Origin: an uncultured Aureispira sp.
GTDB lineage: Bacteria; Bacteroidota; Bacteroidia; Chitinophagales; Saprospiraceae
Length of the DNA: 64,000 nt
Direction of reading: 5' to 3'
Assembly: GCA_964501555.1 (NCBI GenBank)
Contig: CAZCTQ010000010.1
Span: 30,799-94,798 of the forward strand
A model generated the notes under the pieces. It made no database searches, had not been told where the DNA came from, and saw nothing but the letters and a program-made list of their open reading frames with translations. Positions 32,762 to 43,274 of the stretch are shown here, in pieces (position 1 is the stretch's first letter; each line of letters opens with the position of its first letter). A program made the translations under genes and the position numbers.

Positions 32762-35700
32762 ATGAAGTATTTTGTAGTCACATTTAGCATTCTTATGAGT
32801 ATATTTTCTGGAAATAGTCCACAAAAGGATTTTGATTTTGACAAAGCATGGGCGGAAGTTAATAAGGATATAGATAATCGACTTCCTAAATCGGCATTGG
32901 AAAAGACAGAAAAAATCTATAGCGAAGCTGAAAAGGTCAATAATTATCCTCAATTGACTAAAAGCCTTGTCTATATCGGAAGGCTGACCATCGAAACCAA
33001 TGAAGATGGTGTAGAAAAAGTGATGCAGCAATATGAACAAAAGATTAAAACGCTACCAGAACCCGTTAAGCAAATTGTAGCTTCATATTTAGCTGAGTTG
33101 TATCAGGATTATTTTGACAGTCACCGATGGGAGATTGCAGACCGGACTACTTTGTCTGATGATCAGAACACCGGATTTAAAACTTGGGATACTCAGAAGT
33201 TTTTGAAGATAATCGAAAACTGGTATCTGACCTCTATTCGTGACAAAAAAGCCGTTGACTTTCCTGTGAATAGCTATAAGTTGATCATGAATGACTACAA
33301 TGAAGCAGGCGCCTCATTCAGACCTACTATATATGAAGTGTTAGTGGATAGGGCACTGACTTTTTTCAATACTTATGATCGGTACGATGTGACTAATGCC
33401 AATAGTTTTATAGTAGATCAAGCTTGGTATTTTGAGGATGCTAAAACCTTTGTTAGCAAAAAGATAAATGATAAAAAGGACGCTTCAAATAGCTATAAAA
33501 TCCTTTCACATTATCAGGATATTCTAAAAGATGAATTATCTAGCGGTAAAACATTGGTACTGGCTGATTATGACAAACGTAGATTAGAATATATCTATGA
33601 TAAAAGCACCCTTGACAATAAAGATGCCTTATATGTCCGTGCCCTTGAGCAAATGGCTAAAACATATGAGAGCATTGACTATCATACTGATATTGTGGCA
33701 CTATGGGCACAGCATATTATATCTAATAATATCGGAAAGCAACCCAAAGTCGAAGCACTAAAGCTATGTGAAAATGCTATCAAAAAATATCCAAAATCAA
33801 GTGGAGCTGCCAATTGCAGGCAAATTATTAAAAATATTAAAAACCCTGAAATACAGATCTTTAGCGAAGCTGTCTATCCTGCTGACAAAGTCATGCTTTT
33901 TGCTTTTGATCATAATAATATTGATAAAGTAGATATATCTCTGTATAGTTTGCCGGGAGAGATCAAAAATGATATAATCAATTTCTCTCAAGAAGAAATA
34001 ATGAGCTTTGTTAAAAAGCAAAAAAAGATACAAACTTTTGTTCAAAAGCTAAATGTTAGCACTGAATACAATATTCAAAAAACGGAATGGAGTATGCCAG
34101 GCCTGAAGTACGGTAAATATGCAATCGTAGTAGAAGGCAATAACACTCGACAATTTATTATTTTTGATGTTTCCAATCTTGCTTATACTACCTACGAAAA
34201 AGAAAATAAGCGTGTCGTAGTGGTATCCAATAGGGTTTCAGGTGCACCGGTAAGTAACGCTAATGTCGAGGTAGTACAAGAAAATTATAATTATAAATCC
34301 CAAAAATTTGATTATAAAATTTTGGGTACATACAAAACTGATAAATCAGGCTTAGTTGTTTTTGATGATTATTTCAATTCCAATTTTAAAATCGTCGTCA
34401 AAAAGGATAAAGATGTATTAAATTATGAAAAATATGTATATTCATATACTACTCAAGAGCCTGAACCAAGTAGGTTTATTGAGTTTTATACTGATCGGGC
34501 TATCTATCGTCCGGGGCAGACTGTCTATTTTAAGGCGATTTTGTTGGAAAATGACAAAAATGAAGTTCCATCATTATTAAAAGATCAAAAGATCAACATA
34601 GAATTATTAGATGCTAATTTTCAGGTCGTCAGTAAACTCAATAAAAGAAGTAACGAATTTGGAAGCATTAATGGTAGCTTTGTTATCCCTGAAGGGAAAT
34701 TGACAGGAATGTTTTCGATACGTGGTGGTTTTGATAGCGGGATATCAGGCCGTAAAACTATTAGAGTCGAGGAATATAAACGACCGACTTTTGAAGTGGT
34801 GATTAACGCACCTAAAGAGGTGACTCAGCTCAATAAAGAAGTAAATGTAAAAGGTAATGCTGTATCACTTGCAGGTGTTAACATCGATCATGCGCTGGTA
34901 AGCTATAAAGTTACTAGGATGACCTCGTTTCCGTTTTGGCGATATTGGTGGTCAATCCCGCAGACAGGTGATGCTTTTATAGTCAAACAAGGTGATTTGA
35001 TGACAGACGAAGCTGGAGATTTTAATATCAGTTTTACAGCTATCCCAGATGAAACCGTCAAAAAATCTGACAACCCTGTGTTTACATATAAAATTGAAGT
35101 AGATATAACTGATATTCAGGGTGAAACACGAAGTGCTACTCAGTTTGTAACTGCTGGTTATACTGCTTTTCAACTTGTGGCAGATATTGATCAAGAAGTT
35201 GATGTTGCGGACTTAAAACCATTGAAAATCATTGCTAAAGGCACTTCAGGTCAATCTCTTATAGCAAATGGAACGGTTGAAATCCTCAAGTTAAAAGAAC
35301 CTGAAAATGTGAAAATTGCAAAGTATTGGGATGGCAATACACAGTATCCTCTACCATTGTCTGTGTATAATAAGTCACTTCCATATTATTCGCCAAAGCC
35401 GGTTAATGACTATGCATCTTGGGAGGTTGAAAAGTCAGTAATGAAAGTCAATTTTGATACCAAAGATAGTATGAATATTGCTTCCTATCTAAAAGCCGGA
35501 GTGTATAAAATCATATCTAAAGCGAAAGATCAGGACGGCAAAGATGTAGAAGGAACTGATTATACTGTTGTGACTGATTTTGCGAAAAATCAGTTTCCTA
35601 AGACTGCATTCTTGTTTACAAAGTCCGATCAAAATAGCTATCAACCCGGTGACCGATTTGAAATGAACATGGGTACGCCCGAAGCAAAAATTCAGGTACA

Positions 35701-38700
35701 CGTGGTTATAGAAAAGGATAATAAAATCATAGCTACACACAATCTCGTCGTCGATAAAAATGCAAAAGTATCACTTCCGATTATAGAAACTTATCGCGGT
35801 GGTGTTAATTACAAGTGGTTTTATATAAAAGAAAACAGATGGTTTTCAGGCTCAGGATTTATTAATGTCCCATGGACAAATAAAGAATTAGTCATCACTT
35901 ATGAATCATTTAGAGATAAAACTTTACCGGGTAGCCAGGAAAAATACAATATTAAAATCAGTGGTTTGAATAAGGAGAAAGTTGTAGCTGAGGTGCTTGC
36001 TGCCATGTATGATGCTTCTTTGGATCAGTTTGTAAGGCAATACTGGCGTAGCTCATTCTATCCTACGAGCTATATAGGGAGACAATGGCAAACGGCAAGC
36101 TTTGAAATGAAGCGTGGCCTTTACTATATTTATGACAATGGAGAGATTGTAGATTACGCAGATATAGAATATCCTGAGTTGATAAGCCTAATGGGAAACA
36201 GTTATTATTATGGAAGCGGACGAGTAAGAGAGCGATCAGCAATGATGATGAAAAGTGCACCGTCTGGTCGGGATATGGCACATCCTTCACCGGCAGTATT
36301 GGCAGAGGCATCAAGTTCTAATATGGATGAAGTCAAGGATGATCAGCAACCTTTAGGTGGTGGAAGTCCAGAGATTAAAGACGAACAACCACTTGTACAA
36401 TCACGGACTAACCTCAAGGAAACAGTATTTTTTTATCCTGATATCAAAACGGATGCTGAAGGAAACCTAATACTCAGCTATACAATGAATGAGGCACTTA
36501 CAAAGTGGAAACTCATGCTTATGGCGCATACACAGGATTTAAAAATCGGTTATGACGAACGTTTTGTTCAGACACAAAAGGATCTGATGATATTGCCTAA
36601 TGCACCGCGATTTTTGCGTGATGGTGATATGGCATCTATCAATGCAAAAGTATCAAATCTGAGTGATAAGAAAATTAAAGGAAGTGCAAAAATCCAGTTG
36701 TGGGATGCTATTACAATGAAAGATATAACAAATGAGCTGGTTAAATCCGATGTCATCGTTCCTTTTGACGTTGTGAAAGGCAATTCTGAAAATGTAAACT
36801 GGAAGATTGTAGTACCAGATACGAAATACAATGCAATAACGTACAGGGTGACGGCTATTGCTGATGGCTTTTCAGATGCAGAGGAAAATACTATTCCAGT
36901 GGTTACAAATCGTACTTTGGTAACAGAAACGCTTCCATTTTGGGTGGCTGGAAATACAACAAGGACTTTTACCTTTGAAGCATTTAAAAACAATAATTCA
37001 AAAACTAAAAAAGATTTTAAATATACATTTGAATATACAGCGAGCCCGGTATGGTATGCAATCCAGGCATTACCTTACATCCAGGAGTCGTCTAATGCCA
37101 GTACACAGACACTTATAGACCGCATGTATGTAAATGTATTGGCTTCGGCTATAGCCAATGCACACCCTAAAATTAAAGCAGTATTTGATCAATGGCAAGT
37201 AAAAGATAAAGATGCCCTAGTAAGTAATTTGTCTAAAAATGAAGAGTTAAAAAATGCCATCCTTGAAGAAACGCCATGGGTACAACAGGCACTGTCTGAA
37301 TCGGAACAAAAACGGAATATTGCCATCCTTTTTGACCTCAACAGATTGGGCAATGAAAAGCGTACCACTATTCAAAAGTTAAAGGAAAGACAGCTTCCTA
37401 ATGGAGGCTTCCCATGGATTAGTGGCGGTAAGGATAATGTATATATCACGCAGTTAATCCTTGAAAATATTGGACATTTAATTCATCTCGGTGCTATGTC
37501 TATGAATGACCCTGACTGGTCAGATATTATTTCATCTGGACTTAAATATATGGACGAAAGTGTAAATGAAAGATATCAAAAGCTAAAAATAGATATTAAG
37601 AAATATGGAGGCAATTTACAGGATGATCATCTCGATGAGCTTAGTATTCAGTACCTTTATATCAGATCGTTTTTTAGTCATGTAAAGCCGTTACAGATAT
37701 CCGATGAAGCCATCAAGTATTATTATAATCAGGGACAGAAATACTGGACTAATCGAAATCTTTATTCTCAGGCAATGATTGGCCTTATACTCAAGAGAAA
37801 TAACGATAATATAGCAGATAGTATCATAAAATCATTGAGGGAACGTTCGTTTCAAAGTGATGAAATGGGCATGTACTGGAATGAAGGCAATGGCTTTTAC
37901 TGGTATCAGTTGCCGATAGAGCGGCATGCTTTATTGATTGAATTTTTTAATGAAGCCTCACCTAAGAAAAATGAGTTGGACAAGATGAAGATGTGGTTGC
38001 TAAAAAATAAACAGACCAACCACTGGAGTACATCTAAAGGAACAGCAGCTGCTATCTATGCTCTGTTGATTCAAGGTGAGAGCAACAATATCAGTAGCTG
38101 GGTGACAGAAAGCACGCAGCCGGTCATAATGGTTGGTAAGGAATTATTGAACACTTCGACACAGTCAACAGAATCAGGTACAGGATATATTAAAAAATCC
38201 TGGCCAGCCGAATCCATTACTAATGATCAGTCAACTATAAAAGTGACCAATAATAACAAGTCTGTAGCCTGGGGCGCAGCTTATTATCAGTATTTTGAAA
38301 CGCTTGATAATGTAAAAACCTTCCAAGATACTCCGTTGAAACTCAATAAAAGGTTGTATAAAATAGAAAAGACCGACAAAGGTGATCAACTGGTATTAAT
38401 TGCGGATAAAACCATTTTGAAGCCGGGTGATAAAATACAGGTAAGGATCGAATTGAGTGTTGATCGCGATATGGAATATGTACACATGAAAGATATGCGT
38501 GCTTCCGGCCTTGAACCGTTAAATGTATTGTCATCGTATAAATATCAGGGTGGATTGGGGTATTATGAGTCCACTAAAGATCTAAGTACACAGTTTTACT
38601 TTACGTATTTGCCGAAAGGTACTTACGTATTTGAATATCCATTGAGAGCGGTACATAAAGGTGATTTTTCAGCAGGAATAGCTACCATTGAATGTATGTA

Positions 38701-38752
38701 TGCGCCGGAATTTGCAAGTCACAGTGATGGTATCAGGATAAACATCAAATAG
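32762..38752 (+). CDS. Alpha-2-macroglobulin family protein (bacterial, thioester-less type)
   Basis: 1996 aa with a signal peptide and an N-terminal helical region. It has MG-domain beta-rich repeats (RVEEYKRPTFEV), a TED-like region (ERQLPNGGFPWISGG) and a C-terminal MG10/receptor-like domain (VHMKDMRASGLEP, ECMYAPEF). The expected PYGCxEQ site reads LPYIQESS (37070-37093). Confidence 0.85.
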   Translation: MKYFVVTFSILMSIFSGNSPQKDFDFDKAWAEVNKDIDNRLPKSALEKTEKIYSEAEKVNNYPQLTKSLVYIGRLTIETNEDGVEKVMQQYEQKIKTLPEPVKQIVASYLAELYQDYFDSHRWEIADRTTLSDDQNTGFKTWDTQKFLKIIENWYLTSIRDKKAVDFPVNSYKLIMNDYNEAGASFRPTIYEVLVDRALTFFNTYDRYDVTNANSFIVDQAWYFEDAKTFVSKKINDKKDASNSYKILSHYQDILKDELSSGKTLVLADYDKRRLEYIYDKSTLDNKDALYVRALEQMAKTYESIDYHTDIVALWAQHIISNNIGKQPKVEALKLCENAIKKYPKSSGAANCRQIIKNIKNPEIQIFSEAVYPADKVMLFAFDHNNIDKVDISLYSLPGEIKNDIINFSQEEIMSFVKKQKKIQTFVQKLNVSTEYNIQKTEWSMPGLKYGKYAIVVEGNNTRQFIIFDVSNLAYTTYEKENKRVVVVSNRVSGAPVSNANVEVVQENYNYKSQKFDYKILGTYKTDKSGLVVFDDYFNSNFKIVVKKDKDVLNYEKYVYSYTTQEPEPSRFIEFYTDRAIYRPGQTVYFKAILLENDKNEVPSLLKDQKINIELLDANFQVVSKLNKRSNEFGSINGSFVIPEGKLTGMFSIRGGFDSGISGRKTIRVEEYKRPTFEVVINAPKEVTQLNKEVNVKGNAVSLAGVNIDHALVSYKVTRMTSFPFWRYWWSIPQTGDAFIVKQGDLMTDEAGDFNISFTAIPDETVKKSDNPVFTYKIEVDITDIQGETRSATQFVTAGYTAFQLVADIDQEVDVADLKPLKIIAKGTSGQSLIANGTVEILKLKEPENVKIAKYWDGNTQYPLPLSVYNKSLPYYSPKPVNDYASWEVEKSVMKVNFDTKDSMNIASYLKAGVYKIISKAKDQDGKDVEGTDYTVVTDFAKNQFPKTAFLFTKSDQNSYQPGDRFEMNMGTPEAKIQVHVVIEKDNKIIATHNLVVDKNAKVSLPIIETYRGGVNYKWFYIKENRWFSGSGFINVPWTNKELVITYESFRDKTLPGSQEKYNIKISGLNKEKVVAEVLAAMYDASLDQFVRQYWRSSFYPTSYIGRQWQTASFEMKRGLYYIYDNGEIVDYADIEYPELISLMGNSYYYGSGRVRERSAMMMKSAPSGRDMAHPSPAVLAEASSSNMDEVKDDQQPLGGGSPEIKDEQPLVQSRTNLKETVFFYPDIKTDAEGNLILSYTMNEALTKWKLMLMAHTQDLKIGYDERFVQTQKDLMILPNAPRFLRDGDMASINAKVSNLSDKKIKGSAKIQLWDAITMKDITNELVKSDVIVPFDVVKGNSENVNWKIVVPDTKYNAITYRVTAIADGFSDAEENTIPVVTNRTLVTETLPFWVAGNTTRTFTFEAFKNNNSKTKKDFKYTFEYTASPVWYAIQALPYIQESSNASTQTLIDRMYVNVLASAIANAHPKIKAVFDQWQVKDKDALVSNLSKNEELKNAILEETPWVQQALSESEQKRNIAILFDLNRLGNEKRTTIQKLKERQLPNGGFPWISGGKDNVYITQLILENIGHLIHLGAMSMNDPDWSDIISSGLKYMDESVNERYQKLKIDIKKYGGNLQDDHLDELSIQYLYIRSFFSHVKPLQISDEAIKYYYNQGQKYWTNRNLYSQAMIGLILKRNNDNIADSIIKSLRERSFQSDEMGMYWNEGNGFYWYQLPIERHALLIEFFNEASPKKNELDKMKMWLLKNKQTNHWSTSKGTAAAIYALLIQGESNNISSWVTESTQPVIMVGKELLNTSTQSTESGTGYIKKSWPAESITNDQSTIKVTNNNKSVAWGAAYYQYFETLDNVKTFQDTPLKLNKRLYKIEKTDKGDQLVLIADKTILKPGDKIQVRIELSVDRDMEYVHMKDMRASGLEPLNVLSSYKYQGGLGYYESTKDLSTQFYFTYLPKGTYVFEYPLRAVHKGDFSAGIATIECMYAPEFASHSDGIRINIK

Positions 38753-38776
38753 GTATAAGCCTTTTATTTTTTCTCG

Positions 38777-38824
38777 TTAACATCGTCATTGTCAGGGTCA
38801 AGACTTTGGCAATGACGATGTTAA
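38777..38824 (+). terminator. Perfect 15-bp inverted repeat (hairpin) downstream of the macroglobulin gene
   Basis: TTAACATCGTCATTG (38777-38791) pairs with CAATGACGATGTTAA (38810-38824) across an 18-nt loop. It has no downstream T-run, so assignment as a terminator is tentative. Confidence 0.35.
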
Positions 38825-38951
38825 AATCGGTTAATCTAAAATTTACACTCTCATCTAAGTCACAATAAAGTAACAAGAAACAAATATTAAAGCCCTATTT
38901 AGAATTATTTCAAATTGTTTACTTACTTTTGCTGACAAAATTTATTTAAAT

Positions 38952-39377
38952 ATGTATTCAGTATTAAAAGCCTCTCATTCACATTTTGCCTGGTTGGCAT
39001 TATTAGGAATTACAGTTGCTGTTATTTTTGCAGCTATGTCTTATTTTAGTAAAAAACAATCTGCACAGTTAAAAATGTTTGCATTGATTGGTTTGATTGT
39101 AGCACACATTCAGTTATTGATTGGATTGATATTGTATTTCGTATCACCTTATGGAATTAGTAATATGTCTGGTGCTACGATGAAGGATAGTGTAGCAAGG
39201 TTATTAGCTGTTGAGCACCCATTGATTAACATTGTCGCTTTAGTACTCATTACCATCGGTTATTCTAAAGCTAAAAAGCAAATGGGGACATTATCAGCAT
39301 CCAAAACAGTGATGATTTATTATGGAATTGGATTAGTACTCATTCTTTCCAGAATTCCATGGCATCAGTGGTTGTAA
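38952..39377 (+). CDS. Small integral membrane protein, unknown function
   Basis: 141 aa with four hydrophobic helices and several His residues at helix ends (SHSHF, VAHIQ, VEHP). No family was recognised. Confidence 0.55.
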   Translation: MYSVLKASHSHFAWLALLGITVAVIFAAMSYFSKKQSAQLKMFALIGLIVAHIQLLIGLILYFVSPYGISNMSGATMKDSVARLLAVEHPLINIVALVLITIGYSKAKKQMGTLSASKTVMIYYGIGLVLILSRIPWHQWL

Positions 39378-39401
39378 AAATATCATGATTAGATTGTAAA
39401 C

Positions 39402-39436
39402 AAAAAAGAGAATGGCATTTTGTCATTCTCTTTTTT
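39402..39436. terminator. Bidirectional rho-independent terminator between convergent genes
   Basis: AAAAAAGAGAATG (39402-39414) pairs with CATTCTCTTTTTT (39424-39436). The A-run/T-run arms give a U-tail in both orientations. Confidence 0.7.
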
Positions 39437-39456
39437 GTATAAGCAATAAAGAAAGA

Positions 39457-41514
39457 TTATTGAACTATTAATTTTCTTGTCTTTGTAAAATTACCTGTTT
39501 TCATTTTGTAAAAATAAATCCCTGTCGTCATATTTTCGGTTGACAAATCGGTTGCATAAGTACCTGGCTGAAGATATTCATCAACGAGGACACCCATACT
39601 ATTACCCTTAAGGTCAAACACTTCTATGTTTACATGTCCATAGGTGACCGTTTCGAATGTGATCTTTGTTTTAGCATTTTGTTGCACGGGATTGGGTGCA
39701 TTTTGATATAATTCATATTTAGTAGTATTGCCAATTTGAACTTCTTCTGTAGCTACTGGTATCTGGCTAAGCGGTACTGTCCATATGCCCTTTCCTAAAG
39801 TACCAACATATGCCTGATTATTTAGAAATGCTAAACTAACGTTATATCCACTTGGTAAGCCATTAGAGTAAGGTGTCCAAGTTATACCAAGGTCTCCTGT
39901 AACAAATACAGAAGTAGTTGTACCTGCAAAGATCCGTCCACCGACTATACTAAGGCTTTGAATATTAGCGCTGCCTAGTCCAGATTTTATCCAGTTATTG
40001 CCACCGTCACTTGAAATAAATACACCTTCTTGAGTTCCAGCGTATATTCTGTTACCATTAACTAAGAGTGCATTTACATAGGTCGTTGTTAAGCCGCTAC
40101 TAGTATGCTTCCATGTGTCACCATTGTTTGTAGAAGTAAATACTCCACCACCAAATGTACCTGCAATGATGGTATTACCACTTATAGCCAACGCGAAAAT
40201 TAAACCGGTACTCATATTTCCAGTTTTGGTCCAGTTAGCACCATTATTTATAGATTTATAAACACCGTTGCCTTCCGTACCTGCATAGATGGTATTGCCT
40301 TGGACTGCGAGAGCATTAAACTGTTTGTCAGTAAGACCATTATTGATTTCTGTCCACGAACCGCCATTATTAGTTGAGGTAAACATACCTCCACCTGAAG
40401 TGCCCGCGAAGATATTACTGCTGTTTTGAGCAAGTGTATTTATTCTCAAATTTTTTAGGCCATTATTAGCTGATTGCCATATAGTGCCTTGTGCATTACT
40501 AATGAAGATCCCGCTGCCCTGTGTGCCTGCAAAGATTGTGGAACCTACAGTAAGCATTGTATTGACTTCAGTTACTTTCATTCCATTAGATGAAGCTGTC
40601 CAAGCACTACCATTATTACTTGAAAGGTGAACACCAGCGCGTGATGCCGCAAATAAGGTTGATCCGGAAGATGCCAAATACGCTTCATTGATGCCTTCTA
40701 ATCCTTTATTAATTGCGGTCCAGCTTACAGCATTATTGGTAGATACAAAAAGACCTGTTCCTTCAGTAGATGCATAAAGGCTGTTGTCTTTTGCAAAAAG
40801 CGTTAATACATTGTTTCTAAAAGTAGCACTTGCAGGCGTCCATTTATCCCCGTTATTAGTAGAGCTAAAAACACCTGCATTGCACCCCGCAAAGGCTGTA
40901 TTTCCAATAAAAACAATTTCATTAATTTTAGTTTGAGGAAGCCCGGTTTTTGATAATGTCCAGCTGTTCCCGCCATTAGAGGAATAAAAAGCACCGGTGT
41001 TAGTTCCGGCAATTACGATTTGGCCATTTACACCTATAGAATTTATAACCTTATTGATGATACCGGTGTTCTTTTCTACCCATGAAGTGCCATTATTGTT
41101 AGACACAAATACACCTCCGCCATTTGTTCCAGCATAAATGTTTTGTCCATTAGCTTTTAAAGCCCATATATAGGTTGACGTAAGCCCATTGTTGGCTGCT
41201 TTCCAAGTTTGACCATTATCAGTGGATAAAAATATTCCTTTTGAAGTTCCTGCAAATATATTGTTGCCACTCACAGCCAGTGCTGTAATATTTGTGGTGG
41301 TAAGTCCATTATTAACTTCTGTCCAAAGTCCTCCATTATTATTAGATCTGAACATTCCATAGAAAGTACCAACGAATATATTAGATCCGCTTACGGCAAT
41401 ACATTGAGCTTTTGCACCAAATGGTCCATTGGCTTGTGTCCATTGAGCAGAGATTTGTTCAGGTGTAATAGTGATAACTAGTAAAATTGCAATTAAGATG
41501 GCTGAAAATTTCAT
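39457..41514 (-). CDS. Secreted BNR/Asp-box (sortilin/VPS10-like) beta-propeller repeat protein with T9SS C-terminal sorting domain
   Basis: 685 aa with a signal peptide. It has 13 recognisable repeats of about 46 aa carrying S-x-[DN]-x-G-x-x-W (for example STDNGQTW, SNNNGTSW, STNNGDKW). The C-terminal ~80 aa match the T9SS type A pattern (LYQNAPNP, GIYFYKMKTGNFTKTRKLIVQ). Confidence 0.8.
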   Translation of the reverse strand: MKFSAILIAILLVITITPEQISAQWTQANGPFGAKAQCIAVSGSNIFVGTFYGMFRSNNNGGLWTEVNNGLTTTNITALAVSGNNIFAGTSKGIFLSTDNGQTWKAANNGLTSTYIWALKANGQNIYAGTNGGGVFVSNNNGTSWVEKNTGIINKVINSIGVNGQIVIAGTNTGAFYSSNGGNSWTLSKTGLPQTKINEIVFIGNTAFAGCNAGVFSSTNNGDKWTPASATFRNNVLTLFAKDNSLYASTEGTGLFVSTNNAVSWTAINKGLEGINEAYLASSGSTLFAASRAGVHLSSNNGSAWTASSNGMKVTEVNTMLTVGSTIFAGTQGSGIFISNAQGTIWQSANNGLKNLRINTLAQNSSNIFAGTSGGGMFTSTNNGGSWTEINNGLTDKQFNALAVQGNTIYAGTEGNGVYKSINNGANWTKTGNMSTGLIFALAISGNTIIAGTFGGGVFTSTNNGDTWKHTSSGLTTTYVNALLVNGNRIYAGTQEGVFISSDGGNNWIKSGLGSANIQSLSIVGGRIFAGTTTSVFVTGDLGITWTPYSNGLPSGYNVSLAFLNNQAYVGTLGKGIWTVPLSQIPVATEEVQIGNTTKYELYQNAPNPVQQNAKTKITFETVTYGHVNIEVFDLKGNSMGVLVDEYLQPGTYATDLSTENMTTGIYFYKMKTGNFTKTRKLIVQ

Positions 41515-41871
41515 GGTGAATTGGATTTTAGTTGTTGTTAATTAATAATAAGTTCAAATATAGGCTAAAATTATTTATTGTTGACATATATATATAATTT
41601 TTTTAAATATTTTTATTGAATTTTATAGTTTAAGCTGGATTTTGGGTATATTCCCTGATTAAAAAATAGTAATTACCATTATTTTGTCGTTTAGGCTGCA
41701 GAAATAAAAATGCAATTTTTTTTCGTTTCATATTGTTCCTACCTGTCTATATACGATAAATTTTACATGTAAATTATTTCTAAACTAAAAGCACTGCAAT
41801 GTTGTTTAAGACAATTGTTTTGGTCTATCTTCTTTTTCTTATACAAACATTATTGTCAATACTATATATAT

Positions 41872-43101
41872 ATGGGTCAAACCCGAATTAACAGAACATT
41901 TTTAATTTTTATATTAGGGATACTTGCTGCGATAGGACCCTTTACTATAGATATGTATCTTCCTGGATTTCAAAGGATCGCCGAAGATTTGAATGCTACA
42001 GAAAGGGAAGTGACATTTACATTGACATCTTATTTCATTGGTATAGCCATTGGTCAGTTGATTTATGGTCCAATAGTTGATAAGTATGGTCGCAAAAAAC
42101 CATTACTTGTAGGTCTAAGTGTATATATATTGGCAGCGATAGGGTGCTCGCTTAGCGCATCTGTTAACGTTATGATAAGTATGCGATTTTTGCAGGCAAT
42201 AGGTGGCTGTGCTGGAATCGTAGCTTCTACAGCAATCATTACGGATGTATATCCGCCCAATTTTAGAGCACGGGCATTCTCATCTATTGCTCTGGTTATG
42301 GGTGTAGCACCACTGATAGCACCGAGTATAGGTAGTTATTTTGTTATACATGGTGACTGGCAATATATTTTTTACTTTCTTGCTTCATTTGCTATCATTG
42401 TTTTTTTTGTTATTTACTACTTTTTACCTGAGACGAGTAAATATGTTCATGATGAACCTTTAAAATTGAGACAGGTTGTTAAGGGATACGTGGATATATT
42501 AAAAAATAAATCATTTTTGTATTATACATTAGCAGGTAGTATTTCAATGTCTATTCTTTTTGCATATATCTCATCGGCTTCTTTTGTATTTTTGACCTAT
42601 TATGGTTTAGACAAGGCAACTTTTTCGCTACTATTTGCGGTCAATGCTTCGGGTATGATATCAGGTAGTTATTTGAATGGTGTCTTTGCAAGAAGGTATA
42701 ACTACCTTAAGGTAGCTAATGTAGCTGTGTACATCCTTATCGTTTTGACTGGAGCCATATTGCTGGCTGTGATTATTAATCCTCATTTATCTTATGTGTG
42801 GACAGTGGTGGCGGTTTTTAGTACGCTCTTTACAGTAGGTATTATCAATCCTAATGCGACGGCTGCTTCCTTATTGGACTTTAAGCACAATTCGGGTACT
42901 GCCTCTGCCTTAAGTGGAGCTATGCGTATGGCTGGAGGTGCATTTGCTGCCGCATTAATTGGTTTTTTTCAGGGTGAGTCAACTACAGGTATGTTTTTAT
43001 TAATTTTTCTACTTGCATTAATGGTATTGATTTTCTTAAAAATGGCTGATCGGGTACGCAGACATCGGGAAGTCATAATCTCTAATGATTTATATACCTG
43101 A
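41872..43101 (+). CDS. Bcr/CflA-family MFS drug-resistance transporter
   Basis: The ORF track starts at a TTG at 41815. I prefer the ATG at 41872 (MGQTRINRTFLIFILGILAAIGPFTIDMYLPGF), which matches the usual Bcr/CflA N-terminus. It has 12 TM helices. Confidence 0.85.
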   Translation: MGQTRINRTFLIFILGILAAIGPFTIDMYLPGFQRIAEDLNATEREVTFTLTSYFIGIAIGQLIYGPIVDKYGRKKPLLVGLSVYILAAIGCSLSASVNVMISMRFLQAIGGCAGIVASTAIITDVYPPNFRARAFSSIALVMGVAPLIAPSIGSYFVIHGDWQYIFYFLASFAIIVFFVIYYFLPETSKYVHDEPLKLRQVVKGYVDILKNKSFLYYTLAGSISMSILFAYISSASFVFLTYYGLDKATFSLLFAVNASGMISGSYLNGVFARRYNYLKVANVAVYILIVLTGAILLAVIINPHLSYVWTVVAVFSTLFTVGIINPNATAASLLDFKHNSGTASALSGAMRMAGGAFAAALIGFFQGESTTGMFLLIFLLALMVLIFLKMADRVRRHREVIISNDLYT

Positions 43102-43274
43102 CAATTCTATACCCATTATATATTCAATTTAGCACAATCCTTATAAAATAATAGGAAATCTCTGCATTAGAAAGCCTCACTATAACTAAGGCTATGTTTG
43201 CGTTTTCTGCCTTGATATTTACTATTTTTTCTACTAAATCTTTGGACGCTTTAAAATTATGATGAGTATTAAAA

